64,000 bases of DNA from Antedon mediterranea (Eukaryota; Animalia; Echinodermata), in contig NC_092670.1 of assembly GCF_964355755.1 (NCBI RefSeq), forward strand, positions 10,960,795 to 11,024,794. Reading direction: 5' to 3'. The translations under genes were made by a program, and so were the position numbers. The notes under the pieces were generated by a model. That model did no database searches. It saw only the letters and a program-made list of their open reading frames with translations, and was not told the origin of the DNA. Of this stretch, positions 51,700-63,634 are shown one piece after another; within the stretch, counting starts at the first letter, position 1, and every line of letters starts with the position of its first letter.

Positions 51700-53430
51700 C
51701 ATGAAGAAAAATGAAATATAAAATAATTAACATAATGACCGTATATAGATAGAATGCCGCTATTACAGTAATTTAATAACTACAGACTATAGTTTTGGAG
51801 AGAGAGAGAGAAGAGGAACAGCATTTGACAGTAGTTGAAATAGTGAACTTCCTATTGAGAGTGACCACACGATAATGTAGGTGCATCACATTGGCCAATT
51901 GGTGTAGATATGCTAGTTTAAAGTCGCATCCAAAGACATTATTTTTTATCATACGTCCACTACACAGTCACGCATTATGCCGGCGTAGAAATGTATTCTG
52001 ATCAAGAATGTATAAATTTATGACTTTTGAGCCCATTATTATTTATAATTTATTTAAACGATATTGCTTTTTGTGCTGATAGTTTTTAATTTATTTATAC
52101 GCAGATTACACCAATAGTAGTCTCACCATGACAGTAAATCAAGAACTAAATAAAGTTTCTTCTTTCAAATAACAAAATATTTGAATACTATACAGAGATC
52201 CAGATGAACGTTTTTACTACTTTTTGCTTAAATCTAATAATGTATCACCCAATATACTTACAACAAATGATATCATGTGTAGTAGACAACACATAACAAT
52301 ATTCAAATTATGATTGACAATATTGCTATTTCACAGGTTTCTCATTAAATTTATAGATGAAACACTAACATGGGGGCATTCCAAAGTATATATATATTTT
52401 TTAAATTGTATAATTTTGCTATTGAAAAAAATGAAAAAATTATTTTTTTTACATCAATTTAGTCTTTTATTTACAAATCAAAATATTATTCAACCTTTGA
52501 AACACTGTTGAAGTTTAGGTCAAGTGAAAATATAAAATTCTTAAAATAATATAAAGTATTATTTATGAAATTAATTATTCAAAGAGTTATAAAGAGAAGC
52601 AATAATTGTTAAATGTTATCAAAGTAATTTATTTATTTAAAAAAAGTTATGTTTCGTATAAATAAATCTTCAAGCTATTAACACATTTAAGGCGAATCTT
52701 TAAAAATTGACATTGGCATTTGACGTCTGAATTTCTTAGTGGATCCAAGTTGAAACTGAAATTTTCTTCTATCTTTTTTTTGTCTTAATAATTTTGCATC
52801 TGATTTATAAAGGTTCACAAAGAAAGAAATCTACCAAGTGAAAAAAAACTTGTTTAAATCTATTGCAATTTAATATCTTTAAGAACAGTTGAAAAGTAAG
52901 TTTTGAAAATACAGATTTTGGAATCATTATTTCAGTAATATAACACTAAAATGAGGAAAAAAACCCAACCAAAATTTCTCAGAAGTGACAATTATGAATT
53001 TTTAAATAAAAATTATGTATGAATATGAATATGAAATTAATAAAGTCACAATTTTAATAAAATATTTGAATATGAACAAACTCGCCATTTCTTGAAGTGC
53101 CCTTTTAAACTATAGTAGGCTTAGTCCTAGGAAAAACCTATACCAGCATTTGTTATTTATCCTTTATGAATTTTAAATGGTAAAATAAATTGATACTTGA
53201 CTCTCTTTTATATTGATAGAAATATTTTTCTATTTTATATATGGATTTAATTGATATTTGGATTTAAGTGATTCCTCTTAATATTTTAGTTCATTACTTT
53301 TATGTACTAAACACCTTCAGGAGCCAACAAAATTCAATAGGCTTTTTCCCCAAAACCATGTTTTGTTGAATATTACGTATGTTGTTCATTCCATCAGTAG
53401 GCCTACACTAAATCAGAAAATTTAACTCAC

Positions 53431-53721
53431 CCTTTCGATGTAACTAAACTCAGGCTTTTGAATTATGTTGTTTTCAATTGATGCTTCTTCCAGTATTTGC
53501 TTACTGATTTGACAAACATGATCTTTCTGGTTATAGTTGACCGACAAGCAGTATGATTTGTCGGAACATTCCAGCAAACAATTTACACGGCTTATATTCT
53601 TCAACTCATAACTCCAACCACCAAGTGCCTGCCCCTGGATAACTGTATAGAATGAATTGGTCGAAAGAACGACAATAGGCAGAAGATTAAGAACGACAAC
53701 CAAAGTTGCAAACGTATGCAT
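53431..53721 (-). CDS. Signal peptide + PAN/apple-like domain exon, probable first coding exon of FReD copy A
   Basis: MHTFATLVVVLNLLPIVVLS hydrophobic leader; SRVNCLLECSDKSYCLSVNYNQKDHVCQIS (C-x3-C...C-x-S-x-N-Y...C); AGG|gtgagt donor. Confidence 0.78.
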
Positions 53722-54205
53722 TGCGATGTTTTGGAAATACGTATTGACAAAATAAAATGTATGATGTGCCTTCAAATGCAACTTGTCGTACACCATTATT
53801 TGTGGTAATAAGGAACTACTGTACGTTTTCATCTTCTGATGTGCGTATTATAGATGTTCCATCCAAGTATAATACAATAGAACTTTGTCTGCACCAATCA
53901 AAAAGGTGTTAGTAATAATAAGGTGTAATTACATAACAATGTATGAACAAACTTGATGCTTTTTTTTCTAATAGCCTATCAAATTGAACCATCAAATGCA
54001 TCGAGTTATAGTTTTTTAATTATTATTAAATAAATTAAAGAAATTATCATTAAATCATAACTTAAAGCAAAAGAGGACACATCCATCATTTTATCAGTTG
54101 ACATAGAGTTCTGCGATGCTGACGTCACAACATTAGGTGGCGCTGCGTGGTTGCTAGCCAACCAAAAAATGCGTTCAACCTGCCTGAGTGACTCCAAGGT
54201 CACCA

Positions 54206-54400
54206 CATAAAATGTAAACATATAAAGGATTATTGTCCTTTACTGAATTTTCCTCTTTCAATCTTTATAATATTATATAGTATTATATGGTGATGCTATT
54301 AAATGACATAAAATGTAAACATATAAAGGATTATTGTAAAGTTTACTGAATTTTCTTCTTTCAATCTTTATAATAGGATAGTATATGGTGATGCTATTAA
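54206..54400. repeat. ~101-bp tandem duplication
   Basis: ACATAAAATGTAAACATATAAAGGATTATTGT at 54206 and 54307. Confidence 0.85.
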
Positions 54401-56199
54401 AATTCAAACATATTGTAATGTTTGTCTTCCACTTGTCTCTATTCTTAGATATTATTATTTAAAACACGCTCTCTGCATGTAGAATAATAGCATCTGCATA
54501 GTTTAGTATCTTGTTTGAAAATGAAGGTTAATGTAGTGAAATGATAAACATTATTACACTACAAATCAATATTTAGAGTAACCATGAGGTGACTTTGGTA
54601 TTGACACAGAGGGACAGGTGTAAGCTCCTATTTTTCACGCTGCTGCTCTAGCCCGCTACGTCACACGAGATGACTCATTCATTAGATGAAATCAAGCAGC
54701 AGTAATAGTACTACACTTTGACATTTTTGTTAAAATGGAAACTCGACTATAATTTATAGGTACAGTACCTGCACCTGTTGAATCCAAAAAACGGCTGGGA
54801 AAAGAGTCTAATGACAAATCCCAAAGCATTTCTGGTATTTATGAGTCCCATGATATTACTATAATTCACTGTCAGATAATCATTGAATTGAATTATTATC
54901 AAAACAGTCTATTGAAGTTTTTGTTTGTAATAGGATACTTGAAGTATCTAGGCTTGATGAAGTGACCCCCAGACTTGACCTTAGCAATAACAATAAGCAA
55001 GCAGCGTTTTTTGTAAGAAATATTCTTGTTTAAAACTGTAATTGGCTGAATCACGATTTAAAAGAATATGTGTGTTTTAATCATTGACAGTACCCAAATG
55101 ACTACAATTTAATTGTTAAGTTCAAAGTATGGAACCTGCAAAGTAATATTTTCACCCGTATTTTCATTACAGTAAAGTGTTTGTACTGTTTTCTTAATTA
55201 TCAGTACAATTAAATCAATTAGTGTATGTCCATGGCAAAAGTTGAAATGAACTATGGTGACCAATTAATACAGAAACAGGAAGTTCCTAAGTCCTGTGGG
55301 GCTATGTTTGTGTCCAGTTGTGACAGTTTTATTCTAAATTTCGTCAGTCTATCTTGAGATCTGATCGAGAAGCCTCAGAAAAAGGGTATGTTTTACTTTA
55401 CTTTTGTATTAGATTTGGTTAATTTTATGCTTAGGATTTAGATTTTTTTTTGGCTAAGCTCTTAGACTGAATTGAATTTATATTTTGTAGACTAAGTTTT
55501 ATTTCTGTTTAACTATTATTTGCTTGTTAACAAATAATTGACGTCACCGTCATGCACAATAATGATTGATAGGCACACACCAGTTAAATTATATATTTAC
55601 TGCCAAGAAAGGTGTAGTGTAGTGCAGGTTTATCAAGTATCAATTTATTTTGAGCCTTTGTATTTTTTAGTTAAGACTTTTTATGTTGTTATTCTTAGTT
55701 TAAGTATACTTTTGAGACTTCATTGCTCAAATGTATATATTTTTAATCTATACATTTAAAGGCACTCTTTAATTAACTTGCATAGTGTAAAGAAGCTGAA
55801 TCTATAACTTTTTGTTATAATGACCTATAAAATGAGTTTGTCAGTCCTATCAAATATGTTGAAGTATTGCAAAATATTAACTTGATTTATTTTAGGCTGT
55901 ATGTGGTATATACATCATATGTATAATGACAAATTATAACAACATTAAGTGGCTGATGTGATTAATAAGTGTGCGCCGTTATTGAGACATCATGTTCTAG
56001 ACCGTTTCAACGTAGCTGTTTACCGGCGATGTTTGACTTACCAGTGAGTAACGATAACTTGCCATAATAATACATTCTGGACATCGGTGAGTTAGATTGA
56101 TCAACATCTTTTAAGTTAACCAAATACTTAATTGGCGTCCATGATCATCATTATTGTTTCACTGCCTGTCGTTTAGTTGTTGTTGGTATGTCATGATAA

Positions 56200-59100
56200 A
56201 ACAATTCATATTACATTGTATATATTGTAATTTATTGTACATACTTGTTAACTTAGGCTATATAGTGTTAACTATTCTCTGCTGTAAGCAGCTTGCTCAA
56301 TTTTATTCATTTGTCATTTCCTTTTCTGTCTAATTTAAATGTTTGAATGTGACCTTTTTGATAATGTAAATGTGAGCACAGAATATTTTAACGAAGATAA
56401 CTTAATTTCTTCACTTGAACATTCTAATTTATCATCAAACTTTTCTATATTTGGACTAAACTGTCGTAGTGTTGTTAATAAGTTTGACTTAATCTCAAAC
56501 TATTTAGACTCACTCGTACATGCCTTCTCCGTCATTGCCTTCAGTGAAACCTGGTTAACCGAAAAAGATAATATTAATCTATACCAGTTACCAGGCTACA
56601 GTTTGATTCACAATGATAGGAAAGATAAGAGAGGTGGTGGGGTAGCGTTCTATGTTACCAACAAACTAACATATATTATTAGAAATGATCTGTCATCTTG
56701 TATGACTGAAGCAGAGACTATTTTTATTGAGATTGAGTTAGAATCAGGAAATAATGTTATTTGTGGTATAGTTTATAGACCACCCTCACGTTCCTTGCAA
56801 AAGTTTGATGATGAATTAACATGTGTAATGCAAATGATTAATCTAGAAAAAAAGAAAGCTTACCTTGTGGGAGACTATAACATAAACTTACTCCAACAAT
56901 CTACCGACAACACTATCCAATCACACTTAGACACAATATTTTCTCAGTCATTTCAGCCAATCATAAAAAGTCCTACTAGAATATCCGATAATTGTGCTTC
57001 AATAATTGATAACATTTATTGCAACATCGATTCTTTTACTACGTCCCTTAAAAGTGGAATACTTATTACTGATATTTCTGATCACTTCCCAATATTCTGT
57101 GTAGATACTTTGGAAAAACATAATAAGCAATATCCTCGATTTGTATATAAACGACAATACTCTCCTCAACAAACGGAGTATTTTTTGCAAGAATTACAAA
57201 GTAATCAGTGGAATGATGTGCTATTCTCAAATAATGCGAATGTTGCTTATCAAAATTTTACAAACACTTTAAATAAAACAATTGATAATTGTTTCCCTTT
57301 AAAACGAATTAGAAATAAGGCGAACAAGTTAAAATCTCCTTGGATCACAGCTGAAATTGCCAGAGCTATCTCTCAAAAACATAAATTATATAAAAAGTAC
57401 AAACAAAATAACACCACTACTAATAAAAGTACGTACATACATTTTAGAAACAAGTTAACCACTACTATTAGAAATCGGAAAAAAGAATATTATATGGTCC
57501 AGTTTGAACGAAATAAACAAGATATTAAAAAAACGTGGACAATCCTAAATGATATAATGGGTAGGAAAAAGACTACCAATTTGCCTACAAAAATAAAATT
57601 GGGTACTGATACTTTCTCTGATAATGATGAGAAAGCTGATGCATTCAACTCTTTTTTTATTAATATTGGAGAAAAACTAAATAATAAATTTAGGCATGAA
57701 TCTCAAAATGAAGAAATCACCCACAGAACTTTCTTAAAGGGAAATTTTACCTCTTCAATGTTTTTTAAGCCTGTTACTGAACATGAACTTAACCACTATA
57801 TTAAAAACACAAAGAATACTTCTCCTGGCCATGATGGTATAAGTGCCCAACTCATAAAATCTGCTTCCCCGTTTATTTTAAAACCTTTATTGCATATTAT
57901 TAATACGTCATTATCATCGGGCTGTGTCCCGGCTGATATAAAAATTGCTAAAGTTATCCCGGTATTTAAGAATGGTGACATCTCCGATATAAATAATTAT
58001 CGGCCTATTTCCATTTTACCCTTTTTTTCCAAAATATTTGAGAGGATTGTGTATGATCAAACGATTTGTTACCTCTCAAAATATAACGTACTGAGTAAAA
58101 CACAGTATGGATTTAGACAACACCATTCAACTAGTCATGCTTTAATACAATCGATTGAAAAAATCACAAACGCTATTGAGAATAAAGAGTTCACACTAGG
58201 AGTTTTCCTTGATTTATCAAAAGCGTTTGATACAATCGATCATGATGTATTATTAGATAAGTTAAGATTTTATGGTATAAGAGGAGTTCCGCTAAACTGG
58301 TTCTCAAACTATCTTAAAAAAAGACTACAATACACATTTATTGTTAATACTGCATCTAGTAAAATGACAGTAAACACTGGAGTTCCTCAGGGATCCATAT
58401 TGGGTCCATTATTATTTCTTATATTCATTAATGATATTAGTCTAGCATGTAACCATGTAGACATGATTATGTATGCAGATGACACAAATGTGTTTTATAG
58501 TCACAATGATATTACTCAAGCTTTTGATACAATGAACCAGGAGTTATCTATACTTTCGGACTGGTTTATTGCTAACAAATTAACGCTAAATGTAAACAAA
58601 TCAAAATATGTTATATTTAAGGCTAGAAATAAGTCAGCTGACACTACCTCACTAGAATTGAGGATGGGAAATGAATGTATAGTAAAAGCTACTGAAGTTA
58701 AATTTCTAGGCTTATTTCTGGATGAAACTTTATCGTTTAATTTTCATGTAAATGAGGTAGCAAACAGTATTTCTAGAATAATTGGTGTCTTAAACAAAGT
58801 GAAGTCTATGTTATCAAGTAAAATCTTGTTAACGGTATACAATGCACTTATATTACCTAGAATAACGTATGCTATCACAGTATGGGGTGCTACTTCTGCT
58901 ACAAACTTAAACCGTATACATATTCTCCAGAAAAAAGCACTTAGAAATATTTGTCATGTTCATTTTATGCATCCTTCTCATCCACTTTTTATTTCAACCC
59001 AAACATTAAATATTTTTGACCTTTATACGAAACACACTGCTATATTTATGTATCAATATAAACATAATCTATTACCTGAATCATTTAATAACTTATTTAG

Positions 59101-59503
59101 TACATCTGCCTCATTCCATAATTACTCAACTAGAAACAGGTCAAACTACTGTCCACAACTAAAACGCACCAAAGTCGGACAGCAATGTATTTCCTACCAA
59201 GGAACACATATTTGGAACAATTTAACAGACTATATAAAACAATCCCCCACTTTAAGTTTGTTTAAACAGAGATTAAAGCAATATTATAACAATAGAAATA
59301 TTTAAGTTAAGTAAATCACATTATGTTATTTTGGTTTGTTCTTTTTGTTTGTACTAATTGTTTGATCTTTTTGTTAGGGTTACATGCTTAAAGCACTTGT
59401 GCTTATTTTGTATCCCATTCCATTATCTTATTATTTGTATTGTATTTGTATATGTTTTTATTTTGATTATGGAATAAAAATGTCGATGAATTGATTGATT
59501 GAT
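56200..59503 (+). mobile_element. CR1/L2-group LINE; 5' boundary approximate
   Basis: ORF2 followed by a T-rich 3' UTR, AATAAA and an (ATTG)n tail at ~59490-59503; no ORF1 seen. Confidence 0.8.
56339..59305 (+). CDS. Intact LINE ORF2 (APE endonuclease + RT), CR1/L2 group
   Basis: 988 aa without stops: LNCRS, FSETWL, RGGGVAFY, VYRPP, VGDYNI, SDHFP, SPGHDGI, NYRPISIL, FLDLSKAFDTIDH, GVPQGSILGP, YADDT. Confidence 0.96.
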   Translation: MFECDLFDNVNVSTEYFNEDNLISSLEHSNLSSNFSIFGLNCRSVVNKFDLISNYLDSLVHAFSVIAFSETWLTEKDNINLYQLPGYSLIHNDRKDKRGGGVAFYVTNKLTYIIRNDLSSCMTEAETIFIEIELESGNNVICGIVYRPPSRSLQKFDDELTCVMQMINLEKKKAYLVGDYNINLLQQSTDNTIQSHLDTIFSQSFQPIIKSPTRISDNCASIIDNIYCNIDSFTTSLKSGILITDISDHFPIFCVDTLEKHNKQYPRFVYKRQYSPQQTEYFLQELQSNQWNDVLFSNNANVAYQNFTNTLNKTIDNCFPLKRIRNKANKLKSPWITAEIARAISQKHKLYKKYKQNNTTTNKSTYIHFRNKLTTTIRNRKKEYYMVQFERNKQDIKKTWTILNDIMGRKKTTNLPTKIKLGTDTFSDNDEKADAFNSFFINIGEKLNNKFRHESQNEEITHRTFLKGNFTSSMFFKPVTEHELNHYIKNTKNTSPGHDGISAQLIKSASPFILKPLLHIINTSLSSGCVPADIKIAKVIPVFKNGDISDINNYRPISILPFFSKIFERIVYDQTICYLSKYNVLSKTQYGFRQHHSTSHALIQSIEKITNAIENKEFTLGVFLDLSKAFDTIDHDVLLDKLRFYGIRGVPLNWFSNYLKKRLQYTFIVNTASSKMTVNTGVPQGSILGPLLFLIFINDISLACNHVDMIMYADDTNVFYSHNDITQAFDTMNQELSILSDWFIANKLTLNVNKSKYVIFKARNKSADTTSLELRMGNECIVKATEVKFLGLFLDETLSFNFHVNEVANSISRIIGVLNKVKSMLSSKILLTVYNALILPRITYAITVWGATSATNLNRIHILQKKALRNICHVHFMHPSHPLFISTQTLNIFDLYTKHTAIFMYQYKHNLLPESFNNLFSTSASFHNYSTRNRSNYCPQLKRTKVGQQCISYQGTHIWNNLTDYIKQSPTLSLFKQRLKQYYNNRNI

Positions 59504-60721
59504 ACGAACATGAAATAAGACTTCGTATGAGGCCAGTGCCAAGAGAGCCACTGAGCTGGTAAGACATTAAGATATAATTATTAATTACAAGTTATATAAG
59601 TGTAATGTGGTCGTTTTCTAAAGAGAATTGGAAATCCTTTATTTTCACGAATAATTGTATTTTGATATTTAGGCCTATAGTTATGCATTGCTGCTCAAAT
59701 TTAATTTAGTTTATTAAGTTTATTATATATCCTTAATTACATTTTTTGCATGGAGTTTATTACCTTGTATTGTATATTTTCAGTTTTTTCGTTTTGCTGT
59801 ATTTCTTGTTATTCAAATAAAATCATATGAACCCAACAGTGCTTTGCCGTTTCTTTTTGTGACATCCGACCATGCCCTGTAATATCCCGTATTACTACAA
59901 AATGTATTGTAGATGGAGAAGCATTCTATATACTTAAGTTTAGAGTTTACAATTTTTTATTTTCTTTTTCTATTTATACGTTTATTAATATGGATGATAT
60001 TTCCGAAATTAAAAGAAATTGAATTGAATTGAATTGAATTAACATTAATTAATTTTCTATATGTTGTTTTCACATATCTACCACAGTATTATTTAATACA
60101 CTGCACTCTCCTCACCTCTGCTGGCTTGATGACAACTTGAGCAAAAAAAACCAACCACCTGACATGTTTTAACTTCAGATGTTGACTTGTCCAATAGCAT
60201 TGTCTAGTTAGGAATCAAAAATTAATATAGTACAATGTTGTATATATGATCTAGAAATGGATATACAGTATTATAGCATTATAAGATAAAGTTGTTCCTA
60301 TTCATTCTTAAATCAATATTTGAGTGTCTACTGTATTTTGTTTTCATTAATTCTAAAAGCCAGCAAAACTTCTTTTATCTTGTTTAAAAATCTCAATTAT
60401 TTCTGTTTTTACCTTTGAAATGTACTTACTTTAATTGTGTTAATTTGATTTTGATAATTTTAAGTTTAATTTTATATTTTCTTTTGTCCATTTATATACT
60501 GTATTTTGTTTATATTTATGTAGTTAAGAACTGAACCACTTTGGAAATCAGTACATTGTATTGAAAGTGTATTTCAGAATAAAGAAAGATTAAATAAATT
60601 AATTAAAATACAAAATTGAAGAGTCAAGGAATATAGTGTGCACTGGAACCTTTGAAGCATGCAGTCACAAATGTAAAAGAAAACAGAATCTTGTTAATAT
60701 ATTTAAATATACATACTGTTT

Positions 60722-61060
60722 ACTGAGTACGGGCATACTGCTGCGTTGAGACACCGGTTCGAAGTTAAGCAACATTGGGCCCGGTTGCGTTCTGGATGGG
60801 AGACCGTCTAGAAATTGCTGCGGGTGCTGTATATACTGGAGAGTGATGGTGTAATGGTAATATCGGACTAGCATGTGATAGGCATAGGTTTGAGGTTATC
60901 TGTACCATACTAATTGCATCCTTAGGCAAGATGCTTTACTCTCATTGCCTCATCCTTCGGTAGGCGCTGCACTGCTGGCTGCCGTGGGTCCGTGGAGGGC
61001 CTAATCCGAATTTCCTCAGTTTCCAGTTAAGCTTGAGGACAAACCTTTACCTTTACCTTT
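60722..61060 (+). mobile_element. Chimeric SINE: 5S rRNA-derived head + tRNA-like segment + CORE-like block + (ACCTTT)n tail
   Basis: 5S motifs ACACCGGTT, CGAAGTTAAGCAAC, GGGCCCGGTT, TGGATGGGAGACCG, GGGTGCTGT; TGGTGTAATGGT and GGTTTGAG boxes; CCTTAGGCAAGATGCTTTAC; 8-bp flanking duplication TACTGTTT. Confidence 0.75.
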
Positions 61061-63634
61061 TACTGTTTCTTCATTCTTGTTTTGTTTGTGTATTTAATAT
61101 TTAAAATTATAGACGTTTATTGTGTTACTGTTTAATATTTTTTAATGTCACCTAGTCGCTTATTTTCTATCATATTTTTGTACATTTATGCATTTCATTG
61201 TCGTCTGGGGAATTGTCTTCTTTTGTAAAGCTTCAAAAGAATCTTAGTAACAGTTCCGACTGGAGAACAACGACTTAATTAAATATTCTTGCAGTCTTCT
61301 GTTGTTCAATTTTTGTAATATTTTGATTTGTGGTGAAAAGAATGTTTACGGTAATCTTAACAATGTCTGTTTTCTGGTGGTGTAATTAGAAAGAAGTAAA
61401 TAATGATTGAAAATAAATTACATAAAATAAATAATTAAATATCCAAATAAATAACATTAAATGTTAACATCAAAAGGGTGGCTCAAGTTTATGCTTTGCA
61501 GGAGCGACGGGCATAAGGTAGAAACATGAGCAAGAATACTGTACTTACCACCCGTTAGATAATCATTTTTGAAATGGTGCATGTGAGGGCACATGCTGCT
61601 GACCACCTGCTGTCTTGACCTCTAAGTGACCTGATTGTGACGTAGGAAAATTGTTTGAGAATCAGTAAACACAGCATTTGGTATTTGCAAAGAAATTGGT
61701 CTAAAAAAACATTTTTTTTAAAATAAAAGGTGCCCCAGCTCGAACAGCGCTATTATCGGACTTGCAGTTGAGGAGGAGATACCGGAACAAACTTTGGCTT
61801 AGTGCTATTATAATATGATGATCAACTAACAAAACATCTTAAACAGCCCTTTTGCTCGAGATTACATATCCAACCTTTCCAGAACTTGGAACCATCCCTC
61901 ACCCTCAATTTCACTTAAAACCTAAAACCCACTCCAAAAATCATTTCATTGCCCCTGTATTGAACTAATAGTATATTTTTGAATATCTTTTTAAAAAAAG
62001 TGACCAATAATCAAATCTGATGTAATAATAAAACAATTAAAGCGTTAAATTTGACTGTTATAAGACAAAGTTTAATGTACCCTACCTAGTGAGTTTACTG
62101 GTAAAATTATTAAATAAAGAAGTTAAATTTAATTTTGTTCTTTTAGGCCTGAAGCTGTTCATTGTGGGTGTCTTCCATTGTGTCCTAACCAGCTGGTCAA
62201 ATCTTATGAGTTCAGAGTTCTCAACTTGCTATAGGCCTAATTGATTTCAGTAGTTTGGATACAAAAATTCTGTAGTAATTACACAATTTCAATAGTTGTC
62301 TACATGTTTCAGAGCATGTACAAAATGAGATTCAGAAAGAATATCACACTGTGATTGTGTTTTGACAAATTGTAATCTAGAAATGGAAATGGAAATCCAG
62401 AACAAGGGCTTTTCGTGGATCGATTGTGGGTCGATGATTTGTCCATCATAAATTTGTGTTTTATTAGGGGTTCTCATAATTGTAAGCCAAATCATAAATT
62501 AATATCTCCATTTCCATATATTAGATGGCAGCACTTAAATAAGTAATTCAATATTCAAATATTAAAGATGTACTGTATTGTCCCTTTGATTAATTCAAAA
62601 AAACTTTTGAAGTATCATAATAGTTATAAACTTTCACCCAAAATTTTACTAAATTTAACTAAAATACAGACGTTTTTTTGTTAAAAAAGTAACTTTGACT
62701 TCCAGTCAAAGTTTTCGATCAAAACATATCTCATAATGCAACACGCTTTTTTGGCTACTCTGTATGCATAATCATAAAACTTCCTCGCGATCTGTGCGAA
62801 ACACATTCTCAACCGTGACGAGTTGTAAACAATCCTAATTAGCAGCATACTCGTGGTTTAAAATCTTTGTTTATTTTCTTGCTATAATTTTCCAGATGAA
62901 ATGTAATCAAATTAATTTACCTGTTAATTACGTAAACTTGTTGTTTTTGGCTCAAATTTTTGACCTAAAGTGAATAACTTTAAGGTTTGAGACGTTTCTA
63001 GTATAAATTATATTTAGACATACATCACTTCCAACCCATAACACCTCAGTGACAGTTTTTTAAAAATATAGTTTAAAACATTTCCAGTAGAGTTTCAGCC
63101 ATGTTGATAGGCCTATGACCCACCCCAAACTTAAAATTCAATTCAAATTGAGAGCCTACTACCATTAGCCCAAGCAAAAATCCCCACTATTCCCTTTACC
63201 GCAACTCCCCCCTACCCTCCTGACTTTGTGAATTTGTTTAATGTAGTTTAAAACCTTCACAGTACAATTGCAGTCATTTTGATACCCATATGTATGGTTA
63301 CGTGCAGAAACAGAAATTTGTATAACGAACAGAAAAACACAAAAAGTGGAAAAAAGGTTGGGAATTTTGACCCATAACTTGTATTCCAGATGGCGGATGA
63401 TGCTCAAATACAGTTTACAACCTTCCGGTACCATTACGGTCATTTTGATACCCCATATGTGTGCAGTAACAAAAATGTGTATAACTAACATACAAACATC
63501 AAAGTATCAAGCAGATTAATAAGTTAAATTCATACAAAAAGAATTGATCAAAGTTTTGTTTTTTTCTGAAAGTGATTTTTGACGCTAATACATTCAAAGT
63601 TGAATTTTGTAGTTGTTTATTTGCTCTTTAAAGT

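Noticed and set aside
55260-56095. Plus-strand exons suggested by gtatgt/gtgagt donor-like sites
   Set aside because: No coherent coding frame; cannot be supported without transcript data.
60725-60830. Functional 5S rRNA gene
   Set aside because: Internal deletion, substitutions and no T-run terminator; part of a SINE.
62289-62495. Degenerate PAN exon (LDYN...QCDILSE)
   Set aside because: Cys pattern incomplete, needs frameshifts, no convincing splice sites.
62562-63062. Kolobok-like element (TTAAAGATG...GTGACAGTTTTTTAA)
   Set aside because: Termini too degenerate to call.
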